Of a stretch of DNA of 64,000 nucleotides, positions 14,322-26,394 are shown piece after piece. Position 1 is the first letter of the stretch, and every line of letters starts with the position of its first letter. Below the pieces are notes generated by a model, which saw nothing but the letters and a program-made list of their open reading frames with translations, did no database searches and had not been told where the DNA came from. The DNA comes from Octopus vulgaris. Its lineage: Eukaryota. The translations under genes and the position numbers were made by a program. Where the stretch lies: contig OX597827.1 of the NCBI GenBank assembly GCA_951406725.2, forward strand, positions 45,322,001 to 45,386,000, written 5' to 3'.

Positions 14322-14607
14322 AAGAAAAGAAAGAATAGTATATAAGGTGCTTTATATAAAGAATTAAAAAAAAACAGGCAAATAACAAACGAATGAATGA
14401 ACATAACGTTCTTCTTTGGAAGTATAAATTGTTTTTCTTTCTGTATTGAATGATGTCTAGAGAGACTTTCGTTAACTTCCAGGGAAACTTCAGAATAAAT
14501 TCTGGTCTCCGAGGAATTTTCTTGGAAGACGTTCGAGAGCTAAGGAAAAGGTCAAAGTTGAAACGGCGGCGTAGGCAGGATGTGAAAAATATATATGAAT
14601 AATACGA

Positions 14608-14969
14608 ATGAAAGATGGCAATGATGATGATGATGGTAATGATAATGATGATGATGATGAGGAGGAGGAGGGGGAGAAGAAGAAGAATGAAGAAAGAAAA
14701 AGAAGAAAAAAGAATAATGAAGAAGAAAGAAATAAAAGAAAAAGAAGAAGAAGGAGAAGAAGAAGAAGAAGAAGACGAAGAAGAAGAAGAAGAAGACGAA
14801 GAAGAAGAAGAAGAAGAAGAAGAAGAAGAAGAAGAAGAAGAAGAAGAAGCGATAAAGCTGACACATTTCCTAGAGTTGTGAGCTATCAAAAGAAAGAAAC
14901 GATAATGATAATGATGATGGTGATAGTAATGATGATGATGATGATGATAATGATGATGATGATGACGAC

Positions 14970-15002
<33 letters not shown>

Positions 15003-15089
15003 AAATGGTAATGATAGTGGTTTGGAAACTGATAAATGATTGTGATTATGACGATAACGATGGTGATGCTGCTGCTGCTATTGGGAGTG

Positions 15090-15180
<91 letters not shown>

Positions 15181-15195
15181 TGACGATAATGATAA
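14608..15195. repeat. Compound (GAT)n/(GAA)n/(AAT)n microsatellite block
   Basis: Directly visible. Confidence 0.95.
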
Positions 15196-15275
15196 ATGCA
15201 CCATCATGTTAGAAGAAATATTATCAATGACACAGCTTGCACGCACATATACTTGAAGACATGATAGAACCTATA

Positions 15276-15337
<62 letters not shown>

Positions 15338-15395
15338 TTGTCTGTCTGTGTGTCTTTTTGTCTGTTTGTCTGTCTGTCTGTCCCCCCCTCTCTCT

Positions 15396-15456
<61 letters not shown>

Positions 15457-15659
15457 ATTCTTTTATTCTTTTACTTATTTCACTCATTTGACTGCAGTCA
15501 TCCTGGAGCACCGCCTTTAGTCGAACAAATATTCTGTGTAAGCCTAGTATTTATTCTATCGGTCTTTTTTGCCGAAACGCTAATTTACGGGTACGTAAAC
15601 ACACCAACATCAAGCGATTGTCAAGCAATGGTGGGGAACAAATACAGACACACAAACAG

Positions 15660-15714
<55 letters not shown>

Positions 15715-15889
15715 TGTATATATGTACAACGGGCTTCTTTCAGTTTCCGCCCACCAAATCCACTCACAAGTCTTTGGTCGGTCCGAGGGTATAGTAGAAG
15801 ACACTTGCCCTAGGTGCCACACAGTGGGACTGAACCCGGAATCATGTGGTTGGGAAGCAAGCTTCTTACCACACAGCCACTCCTGCGCC
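15457..15889 (-). mobile_element. SINE family A, full length
   Basis: Tail through head (...cagccactcctgcgcc) all present. Confidence 0.9.
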
Positions 15890-15907
15890 TATATATATAT
15901 ATATTCT

Positions 15908-15965
<58 letters not shown>

Positions 15966-16286
15966 GGGTGTGGGAGAGGGAGATAAGGTGAGATAGAAAA
16001 ACTTATATATTCTTCAGTCCATCAGAAGTTTCCAAGGTAACGTTCGAATACTCTCGCTCACAAGATGAATACTCACTTGTAACCTTTGTATTTTCAAAGG
16101 TTACACGAGACCATAACAAAACTACACGAATGCAAGTCTCTTAGTGTGTGTCTGTGTGTGTACACACACACATAACTATATACCTATGTCTTCCATATAC
16201 ACGCAAACACTCGTAAACTTTGATTCAAAGGTCATATAAGAACGCGATACCTGGATGTATGCATATTGAATGTATATCATGTCTGA

Positions 16287-16337
<51 letters not shown>

Positions 16338-16555
16338 TATATATATATATGTGTATATATATATATATGTGTGTATAGATATATATGATATGTATATATA
16401 GTATTAATATATATAATATGTATATGACTGTGTGTTTATGTAATCTATATTGTTATTGATGTATATGTGGGAAGAAAAAACATTTTCTATAGTTGAATGA
16501 TGTAGCTAACATGACAACTGACCATTATTGTTTTCGATTTCTTGCGTGCGTGCGC

Positions 16556-16664
<109 letters not shown>

Positions 16665-17432
16665 TATATGTATTTATGTATAATGTATATCAAGAGCTAC
16701 AGAAAATAATTTAACGAGGTCAATGCCAACATCAATGTTGGCAGGAGAATGAAATTAAAGCCCGTGGTACAGAATGCTGTACATAATATTTTTCTTTAAT
16801 TGCACAAGACAAAAAAGAAGAAAAAAGAAGAAAGAAATCGAGAGGCAAGAATCTCTGAAATAAGAAGGAGAAATGCTAAGAGAAATAACGATTTGGTCTT
16901 TGCATGCGAGGGGGGAATTATGGACCTAAGTTTTGATGGGAAACGTCGAGTGGATTGATAATGATGGTGTTTAATATTTATTGTTAAATGTGAGGATATT
17001 TATATTCTAAGAACATTCGTATCTTATGTGGAAGGAAGTTAGACAGCAGATAGGAAATTATCAACGGAGACAGGAGATAAGAAACAATCAGCGGAATTTA
17101 GCTAATTAATTACAATCATGTCAGTTTTAGAAATGTACGCTTATAATCCACCATTCTGCCATCTATACATCTATCCATCCATCCGTCCGTCCGTCTGTTC
17201 GTCAGTCCTTGCATTTATATATTTAGAAATTATAGGGAGACTCTAATCTCCATATGCCGTTATAACATAAGGGTCATATACTCTTTTTGATTATGTGTGT
17301 TAAAATAATATATTTGCAAGATTCTCTGAGTGAAACAGTGAGTTGAAACTGTTGTATCTTGAGTGTCGTTTCGCCAAAGAGAAACATGCTCAATGATTCA
17401 CTATTTCAACAACCACAACAACAACAACAATT

Positions 17433-17492
<60 letters not shown>

Positions 17493-17546
17493 GTAGTAGC
17501 AGTAGTGGTAATGCTGTAAAAATGCCGTAATAACAATAATAAAAAT

Positions 17547-17708
17547 GCAGGAGTGGCTGTGTGGTAAGTAGCTCGCTTACCAGCCACATGGTTTCGGGTT
17601 CATTCCCACTGCGTGGTACCTTGGGCAAATGTTTTCCACTGTAGCCTCGGACCGACCAATGCCTTGTGAGTGGATTTGGTAGACGGAAACTGAAAGAAGC
17701 CTGTCGTA

Positions 17709-17760
<52 letters not shown>

Positions 17761-18011
17761 TATGTGTGTGTGTGAGGGAGGGGGGGGGGGTTGTGTGTCT
17801 GTGTTTGTCCCCCTAGCATTGCTTGACGACCGATGCTGGTGTGTTTACGTCCCCGTCACTTAGCGGTTCAGCAAAAGAGACCGATAGAATAAGTACTGGG
17901 CTTACAAAGAATAAGTCGTGGGGTCGATTTGCTCGACTAAAGGCGGTACTACAGAATGGCCGTAGTCAAATGACTGAAACGAGTAAAAGAGTTTAAGAGT
18001 AAAGAGTAAAA
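17547..18011 (+). mobile_element. SINE family A, full length
   Basis: A box TGGCTGTGTGG, B box GGTTCATTCCC, (gagtaaaa)n tail. Confidence 0.9.
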
Positions 18012-18012
18012 A

Positions 18013-18846
18013 TGCCGTGAAACCATTGCTGAAGTATGTGAAGAAGTCCAGCATTATCAAAATTGATAATTGTGTAGAGAAAGAAAAATCTGAAGGGGAA
18101 AAAAGTAAGAAAAAAGAAATAACATGGAAAGGAAAAAAGAAACAGCACGGTCGGCTTGCAACGGATACAAGCATCAAGACAGATACAGTAGATCGATGGT
18201 TATGGGTGCAGAAAAGTGACCTGAAGATAGATAGAAGCACTTATATGCGCGGCACAAGAACAGGCATTGAGGACTAACTATATGAAGTGCAGAATTGACA
18301 ACACAACTGAGAGCGACAGATGCAGAATATGTGGTGAGAGGGGTGAAAGGGTATGGCACATTGTTAGCGAACGCTCGAAATTGGTACAACGCAAATACAC
18401 AAGACCACATGACAATGAGGCAAGAATGATCCATTGGGAGCTCTGTGGAAATTACGGCCTACAAAGACCAAATCCCAGAAAGAGTTACCGGGAATGAAGA
18501 TTGCAAAATCCTGTGGGATGCAATGATTCAGTGTGACCATCAGATCAGACATTGGAAACTCGACAATGATGTCAACAAAAGAGAAAAAAAAACTTACATG
18601 ATAGGATCAAAGAGAAAGAAGTAAAAGTGAACAACTATGACGACTTGAAGTGGGAAATACGCAAGTTGTGGGCATTGAAGGGAGTGGACGTGATACCAGT
18701 AGTAATTGGCGCACTTGGCAGTACCATCACTCAACTACCAGTGTGGCTCAAACAGATTGGTACAAATGTAAACATGAATGTCAACAAAAATCATCATTGC
18801 TTGGAAAAGCGTGAGTTCTCCGTAGGGTTTTTGAAGCATGATCAGT
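18013..18846 (+). mobile_element. Degraded 3' part of an RLE-encoding non-LTR retrotransposon (R4/Dong/NeSL-like)
   Basis: Frameshifted motifs WKGKKKQHGR, CRICGERGERVWHIVSE (CCHC knuckle remnant), YTRPHDNEARMIHWEL, KILWDAMIQCD, YDDLKWEIRKLW...VIPVVIGALG. Confidence 0.85.
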
Positions 18847-18939
18847 AAAGAAGTGTGGGAAGGAGGAGGAAGGGAAAGGAAGAAGGATGGAGAAGGAAGG
18901 AGGAGAAAGGCGACATGTACAGACTGGTGTTAATGTAAT

Positions 18940-19190
18940 AACTAATCTGCTTCATGTATTTCCATCCTGTTATTAATGACTGGCCTGAGTTTGTTGATAA
19001 GAAGGGCGTCCATGATTTTGAGATTGCTCTTTCCGCATTTAGAGACCTTGATGGATACCTTTAAACTGCAACTTTGTTCTGTTTTGCTTTCTTTTCCTCT
19101 TGTTGTTTATTTTGTGCTTTCTCGCATTGTTCCGGCCTTATACAACAGATCTCTTTAAAATAATAATAGGCACAGCTTCATCAAAACTAC
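18940..19190 (-). mobile_element. Possible Penelope-like GIY-YIG C-terminal remnant
   Basis: Hand translation NLKIMDALLINKLRPVINNRME resembles the L.I.EALLI...KP.LN C-terminal pattern; abuts (TA)n. Confidence 0.45.
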
Positions 19191-19213
19191 TCTATTTTAT
19201 ATGTGTGTACGCT

Positions 19214-19349
<136 letters not shown>

Positions 19350-20162
19350 AGATATATGTACACCTTCATAAATGACTTTATTATTCTATTTTAAAGAAAA
19401 TACAGAGGATTATGTAAGATCAAAATATGAATTAGAGCTAAAAATATACGATTTATAACAATAGCCGCTACACACATTTAATGGAGGATCTAATTATTAA
19501 TGAACTGACGTATAATTTAAAGAGAATAATACATATATTTAAGCAATTATAGTAGGTCTGTTGTTCTTGGCATGGAATATACCGTCAAAAACAAATATCT
19601 GGAAAAAGATTGCAAGAATAAGAAATTACAAATGATTGAAACTATGGAAGCGGTATTGTTTATAACGAACTTACTTTTTCAATTTGTTTTGTTAATATTA
19701 TTACGCTGTTAGCGACAGTTCGTATTTTATGATTTCTTGTTATACAACTAAAACCATTACATTATCATTACTAATATTCTTATTATGATAGTTGTAATGA
19801 TTATTATGATTATCATTATTGTTCTTGTCGTTGTTATTATTATTATTATTGCTATTATTATTATTTTTATTATGATAATATATACATATCTATCAATATC
19901 TCACCATATGTTTCTTTCTTTCTTCCTTCCTTCCTTCCTTTCTTTCTCCCCACCCCCTCTCTCTATATATACATATATTTATATAGACTGGTAAAAGCAT
20001 ACACACACAAGTATATGTAGATGTCTAGAAATATAATATATGCATATATGCATGGATGTATATATATATATATATATATACATATATATATGAATATGCA
20101 TATATACATATAAATATGTATATATATACATATATATACATATATACATGTATATATATGTA

Positions 20163-20196
<34 letters not shown>

Positions 20197-20262
20197 CATA
20201 TATATGTATGTACATATATACATATATATACATATATATATACATATATATATGTATGTATG

Positions 20263-20293
<31 letters not shown>

Positions 20294-20473
20294 GCATATA
20301 TATATGTACATACATATATATATACATACGTAAAAATATATATGTACATATATATACCTACGTAAATATATATATATACACATCATACATATATATGTAT
20401 GTACGTATGTATATACATATATATATATACGTATATATACATATATATATATATATACATAGGTACATACATG

Positions 20474-20533
<60 letters not shown>

Positions 20534-21031
20534 AATGCGCGCGCACACGTACAATACCTTGTATTAATTACTCACACTCGCACTTCTATTTGCATTCTTA
20601 TCAAAACATATTGACATACACTTTTGTCTTTGTGTGACTGTTCTGCCTGTTTGATGATATGGCCACAAGGAAACCACGAGCCTGCTCTATTGTCTCATGA
20701 TAGGAAAACCTGAATAGCTTCTAATTTCACCCAAATGACATATCGGTGAAAACAATACAGTAATTATGTCAGCTTCCGAATCGATATAGGAAAGTAAACA
20801 GAATATATTTCAGTTCAGCCATTCGAGACGCCATTCAATTAACAGTTGAACGTATATAGCTTCATACTTCACACCATAATGTGTACACGTATGTATTTTG
20901 AAATTTGAATGTATTCATTATGCATGTTATTAAGTGTTATATACGCGTGGGAAAATATTTGTATGTACACACATTTATGCATATACGCATATACATATAT
21001 TTAAAAAAATGTATGTACAAGTATGTTTTTT

Positions 21032-21080
<49 letters not shown>

Positions 21081-21139
21081 TTATAAAAAAAGAAGTTTGA
21101 AAACGCCACTATATGAGATAAATTTTTATTTTCTTAGAG

Positions 21140-21187
21140 ATTTTACATGTTTCGGTTCTTCTTGAAAAAACGAACCTTATCAAAAAT
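21140..21187 (-). ncRNA. Minimal type I hammerhead ribozyme motif, U3-A8 core variant
   Basis: Minus strand reads ATTT-TTGATAA-GGTTC-(13 nt)-GAACC-GAAA-CATG-TA-AAAT: 4-bp stem I, 5-bp stem II, palindromic stem III, GUA site. Confidence 0.65.
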
Positions 21188-21464
21188 ATTTTAAAAGTTA
21201 AGTGTTTTAAAAAAGTTCATAATTGTTTCTTACAAGTCTCAACAGAGTCCTAGTGGTGGTGCTTTGTGTGTGTTTGTGTGTGTATGTGTGTGTGTAGGGG
21301 GAGAGTTTAATGGCTATCTTGTACGTTGACTAGATTCGTTGGCTGTAATCGTGAAAATGACCGTTGGCCGTAATAGCAGTAGTAGCAGTGACCGTTGGTC
21401 GTAGTAGTAGTAGTAGTGACCGTGGTGGTGGTAGCTGGAGTTGTAACACCAGTTTTATGTATGC

Positions 21465-21495
<31 letters not shown>

Positions 21496-21668
21496 TGTAT
21501 GTATGTATGTATGTATGTATGTATGTATGTATGTATATAGACGATTAGAAAAATGAAGCAAAATGGCAATCAACACATTTTGCAGGAGTTACATATGTTG
21601 TTTAAGATCAGTTTGATTCGGCTCCAATGCTCGTCAGATGAACCTAACTCGTCAGAATCGTAGAAACC

Positions 21669-21722
<54 letters not shown>

Positions 21723-21897
21723 ATAGCCTTCTTCAGCATCGAGTGAAAAACGGGATGGACGCTTCGATTTTGTTTTGGTGCCTCGCTCTGTTGTACACGA
21801 CTATGAAGATTTGCATCCCCAACGTATATCGTCTTTTTCGTCTTTTTATCAAACTTATACTTATATTGTAATACATGTCCTTGGAGTAGTAATTATA

Positions 21898-21986
21898 CGA
21901 TGCTGAAGAAGGCTATTGACATACAAATTACATCAATTATGCATTGATATAAACCGTCTAATAAAAGCCAGAAACATATGTACCGC
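21898..21986 (+). ncRNA. Type I hammerhead ribozyme motif, long stem II
   Basis: CTGAAGA (21903-21909), 61-nt stem II region closed by ggct/agcc, GAAA (21971-21974), palindromic ACATATGT, GUA site; stem I is weak. Confidence 0.65.
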
Positions 21987-22088
21987 TAAATCCTTTGCAT
22001 CATGTTTTCATTTTGATAAATATACTCTATCACCTACACCACTAAACGGCATATACAGGTGCTTACAATTATCAAGTATTCACCCTGA

Positions 22089-22147
<59 letters not shown>

Positions 22148-22265
22148 TGTATAGAGGGCATTATTACACATAAATGCCTCACACTAAGAGGGACATAAGT
22201 CATTACTACCAAAATTTCACTAATCGTACCTAATGCAGTTCTTCAAAGCAAGACATTTAAAAGAT

Positions 22266-22342
22266 GAATTTAGTTCTATATCACCTGTGATTTCACACTT
22301 AACGCATAAAAATACGTCTATGTTCATCAGTAGAACTGATTC
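22266..22342 (-). ncRNA. Type I hammerhead ribozyme (left-arm copy)
   Basis: Exact reverse complement of 22518-22594. Confidence 0.85.
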
Positions 22343-22517
22343 TGAACACATCATAAATAAACGACCAACATTACCTGGCGAAGTCGAACAGACATCTGCT
22401 CTCTCCGGCGAAGCACATGGAGATGTTTATAAATCATATATTCGGTAAATGGCGGAGAGAGCAGATGTCTGTTCGACTTCGCCAGGTAATGTTGGTCGTT
22501 TATTTATGATGTGTTCA

Positions 22518-22594
22518 GAATCAGTTCTACTGATGAACATAGACGTATTTTTATGCGTTAAGTGTGAAATCACAGGTGATATAGAACTAAATTC
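22518..22594 (+). ncRNA. Type I hammerhead ribozyme (right-arm copy)
   Basis: Stem I AGTTCTA/TAGAACT extended by GAAT/ATTC; CTGATGA (22530-22536); stem II acat/gtgt plus gacgta/tgcgtt; GAAA (22566-22569); stem III tca(cagg)tga; AUA site, predicted cleavage after 22581. Confidence 0.88.
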
Positions 22595-22845
22595 ATTTTT
22601 TAAATGTCTTGCTTTGAAGAACTGCATTAGGTACGATTAGTGAAATTTTGGTAGTAATGACTTATGTCCCTCTTAGTGTGAGGCATTTATGTGTAATAAT
22701 GCCCTCTATACAATATAAATTAATATGTTCTAAAGAAAAAAATTATTTTCGAATTTTTCTCTTATGAGGTTTTTCACGCTAACTACCTGATAATTTCTTG
22801 TTAAGATTCCTTATTAAGAAGTTATCCTTAATTGTTAAATATATA

Positions 22846-23182
22846 TACACGAGCAAAACGCCCCCCCCCACGTCCAATGGACGGTGCTGAGTTGTCAAAC
22901 ATTTAAACCAAATTTTCTCAAAGCAACTTGTCCGAAAAACACTGATTTAACCTAAATTTGAGACACCAGCAAAAGAAGAAATAAAGATAGACTTTTTTCT
23001 ATTCCAAAGAATGCTTTATCGATCGCATTCTCACCTGGAATTGATTTTTGTAATTTTTTCAAGACTTATACACGCCCTGATACCGTCGGTATCTACATAT
23101 TAAATTTGAGCGCAATCGGATGGAGGATGCCCGAGATCCTAGAAGACACATACACAGACAGACAGAACGAATTTTATATAAT
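22846..23182 (-). mobile_element. Probable non-autonomous Helitron-like element
   Basis: Terminal block aaatttgagcgcaatcggatg...cacagacagacag...ttttatataata resembles the end of the Helitron at 39100-39200; termini not canonical. Confidence 0.4.
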
Positions 23183-23444
23183 AAAATCAACAATTGTTGT
23201 TTTTATTAAATTAATTATATTTCACCCTATATCTGTAATGGCTATTTTACTCCCCTACGACAAAACTACGAATATTTTTTCGGCAGTACTATTTTGTGAC
23301 TCACGTGGTAGAATTCTGGAGGGAAATACGAATTCACTTGTCTATATAAATGTGGATATGCTGATTAACTCTTATATTTTTCGATGTCGCTTGATCGAAA
23401 ATATAGGAGGTAAGTTTTCCTAGCATTTCTAGATTTATAGGAAT

Positions 23445-23503
23445 ATTATGTCGATAAAGGAAACGAATCTTATGATTAAAATCCAGAAACGTACGTCCAT
23501 AAT
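23445..23503 (+). ncRNA. Type I hammerhead-like motif with variant core (U3, C4, A8)
   Basis: ATTATG-TCGATAA-a-gga..aatc(ttat)gatt..tcc-a-GAAA-CGTACG-TC-CATAAT: 6-bp stem I, palindromic stem III, GUC site. Confidence 0.6.
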
Positions 23504-23862
23504 TAACCGGAGACTGTGGTTTCATTATTTTTCTTCTCTTTTTTTGCCATATGTGAGTTACAAATATTGTTGTCTGTGGAGACTTATTTTTGTAGTAAAA
23601 GGAAGTAGTAGTCTTTTGGCTGCTATTTCTAAAATTTTCGGTATGTGGTTTAGCAGCTTGTTGCAAAAAACCCTTATTATTATAATTATATATATATATT
23701 CAGGAAAAAATCTATAGTCAGAAGGCAAATTTTAATACTATGATGTTCTTAACAATCAAATCAACCTCTCTATCTGTATATCTATCTACCCTCTTTATAA
23801 TGTTGGCAAACGAAATGGAAATAAGTATATGTATTGTCCGTTTGATGGAAGACTTCTATAAA

Positions 23863-23946
23863 TGGCTGAAGATTGCTCAACATTTTAAAACTGATGTAAT
23901 ACTTACAATGTTTAATAAAATGAAGTAGCATGAAACGATCGTACCA
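23863..23946 (+). ncRNA. Type I hammerhead ribozyme motif, long stem II
   Basis: TGG-CTGAAGA (23866-23872), 59-nt stem II (tgct/agca, catttta/taaaatg, aaac/gttt), GAAA (23932-23935), CGATCG, TA, CCA. Confidence 0.75.
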
Positions 23947-24965
23947 AATTACCGAAGATATACTTGTTTATTTTGATTATATATTTACACATATATACAT
24001 ATATACATACATACATACACAGACACACACACACATGCACACATGTATATATCATGGATTTGCAGAAATCTATATGTAATAATATTTGATAAAAATAATA
24101 CATATTTTAAGATACATCAGTGTCGTTTGCTGCAAATATCCACGGCTGAATCTACGAAGAATATATATTACTTCCATTGAAACAAACAAAATTTTAGTGA
24201 AATTATCTCTAGCTCACCATCATTTACATATTGGAAAAAACTCATACAGCAGAATTTCATAACAAAAACTGGTGACAGAGCGTTGTTTCGAATGTAGGTA
24301 CCACAGCAGAAATTACATACAATGTTTCATAAACTAAGATAATGTGTTTTCTTAATAACTTAAAGGATGAAAAATATCGGCTGTCAAACGAGAATCAGTA
24401 TGTATATGGTAATGTATCGTTAGAAGATCTATTGTTCGTTACTTGGACCATTTAGAGACAGCGTATACGTATCTGGGCGAGTTAATACAGCAACAACAAC
24501 AAAAACAAGACGAAACCACTCGGCCAGTTTCTTACTCACAGCTGGCGAAAATTCTGTGATTTATTCACCAATTTAGATTTTTTTCAGAATGAGAATAAAT
24601 ATACCTTTATTAAAAATATGGTATAAGATTTCCATATACATATATGATTTCTGTATATATCAAATGGATGTTTTATAAATCTATTCCGAACATACAATAA
24701 CAGCCACACCAACAACCCAACACACCTCCTTCATCAGCTGCCCTACGGATATCACTATGGTTTCGACACCTGGCAGTACCGTTCAATCCGGCATTTTCAA
24801 CAGCACTACTAAAATAAGTGTTGTTTGGGAACAAACATAATCTTAGGTATCACCACATTCATTCAATCTTAATTCTTGGAAGGATTAAATACTAACATTA
24901 TTAATTAAACTCCAACAAAGAAACCACATTTACCCTATGTACAAAAACAGTATCGGTAAATAAAA

Positions 24966-25003
<38 letters not shown>

Positions 25004-25005
<2 letters not shown>

Positions 25006-25420
25006 CGCAGGAGTGGCTGTGTGGTAAGTAGCTTGTTTACCAACCACATGGTTCTGGGTTCAGTCCCACTGCGTGGCATCTTGGGCAAGTGTCTTCTGCT
25101 ATAGCCTCGGGCCGACCAATGCCTTGTGAGTGGATTTGGTAGACAGAAACTGAAAGAAGCCTGTCGTATATATGTATATATATGTATGTGTGTGTATATG
25201 TTTGTGTGTCTGTGTTTGTCCCTCTAGCATTGCTTGACAACCAATGCTGGTGTGTTTACGTCCCTGTCACTTAACGGTTCGGCAAAAGAGACCGATAGAA
25301 TAAGTACTGGGCTTACAAAGAATAAGTCCCGGGGTTGATTTGCTCGACTAAAGGCGGTGCTCCAGCATGGCCGCAGTCAAATGACTGAAACAAGTAAAAG
25401 AGTAAAAGAGTAAAAGAGTA
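25004..25420 (+). mobile_element. SINE family A, full length
   Basis: Head ggcgcaggagTGGCTGTGTGG...GGTTCAGTCCC (Pol III A and B boxes), internal microsatellite, (agtaaaag)n tail; inserted in (TA)n. Confidence 0.92.
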
Positions 25421-25529
25421 CATATATATATGAATTTCTATATGAATTATATGTGTGTGTATACATGCATATATGTATGTGTGTGTATGTATGTAAGTAC
25501 GTATGTGTATGTATGCATCTATGTGTGTG

Positions 25530-25565
<36 letters not shown>

Positions 25566-26018
25566 CACACACACATATATATGCATATATACACATACAT
25601 ATAATTCATAGAGAAATATTTAGTATATGTGTAAATACTCACGCATATATACTCATATACATAGACCTGCGCACATATGCACTTGTATGTATGTGTGTAT
25701 ATAAGATGGAGTCACATTGCTTGTGTTAGAGTGCAAATGCGTGTGTGGGTGTGTGTTTCTGGATACACGAATGAATATTCTATAAACAAAATGTAACACA
25801 ATTTATAGTGGAATAAATAACAAGGGAAGATGTCAAATTTTTTCTAAAGCTTGAAATATATTTCGTTAAAAAACATAAACTAAAAACATAACAAATTATA
25901 TTTATGAAAGATGGATTGTATGTATGTATGTATGTATGTATGTATTTATGTATGTATGTATGTATGTATGTATGTATGTATGTATGTATGTATGTTTGTA
26001 TGTATTTATGTATGTATG

Positions 26019-26120
26019 TCAATACAGTTTTATTTGAAGATTTCTTGACAATAGAGAAAGAGCTAGGTTCTAACCTAGATCCAAGGCTCCTTCATTGGAA
26101 TTTCAACACCAACAGCAGGG
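26019..26120 (-). mobile_element. ~100-bp element embedded in (TATG)n, copy 2
   Basis: Homologous to 9965-10068 with similar boundaries. Confidence 0.7.
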
Positions 26121-26394
26121 TATGTATGTATGTATGTATGTATGTATGTATGTATGTATGTATGTATGTATGTATGTATGTATGTATGTATTGTATGTAT
26201 GTATTTATGTATGTATTTATGTATGTATGTATGTATGTATGTATGTATGTATGTATGTATGTATGTATGTATGTATGTATGTATGTATGTATGTATGTAT
26301 GTATGTATGTATGTATGCATGCATGTATGTATGTATGTATGTATGTATGTATTTATGTATGTATGTATGTATGTATGTATGCATGTATGTATGT

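Larger units (their letters stand above)
22140..22720. repeat. 268-bp near-perfect inverted repeat with a 45-nt spacer (Penelope pLTR-like foldback)
   Basis: Arms 22140-22407 and 22453-22720; only one mismatch noticed (22263/22597); left end abuts (TA)n. Confidence 0.97.

Noticed and set aside
14035-15256. Long Ser/Glu/Arg/Met/Asn-rich ORFs
   Set aside because: Pure microsatellite read-through.
21590-21660. Two minus-strand CTGACGA motifs plus ACATATGTA
   Set aside because: GAAA is missing (reads ACAA) and the stems are poor; counted only as a trace.
22233-22640. Mirror-image 63-71 aa ORFs
   Set aside because: By-product of the inverted repeat; no recognisable protein motif.
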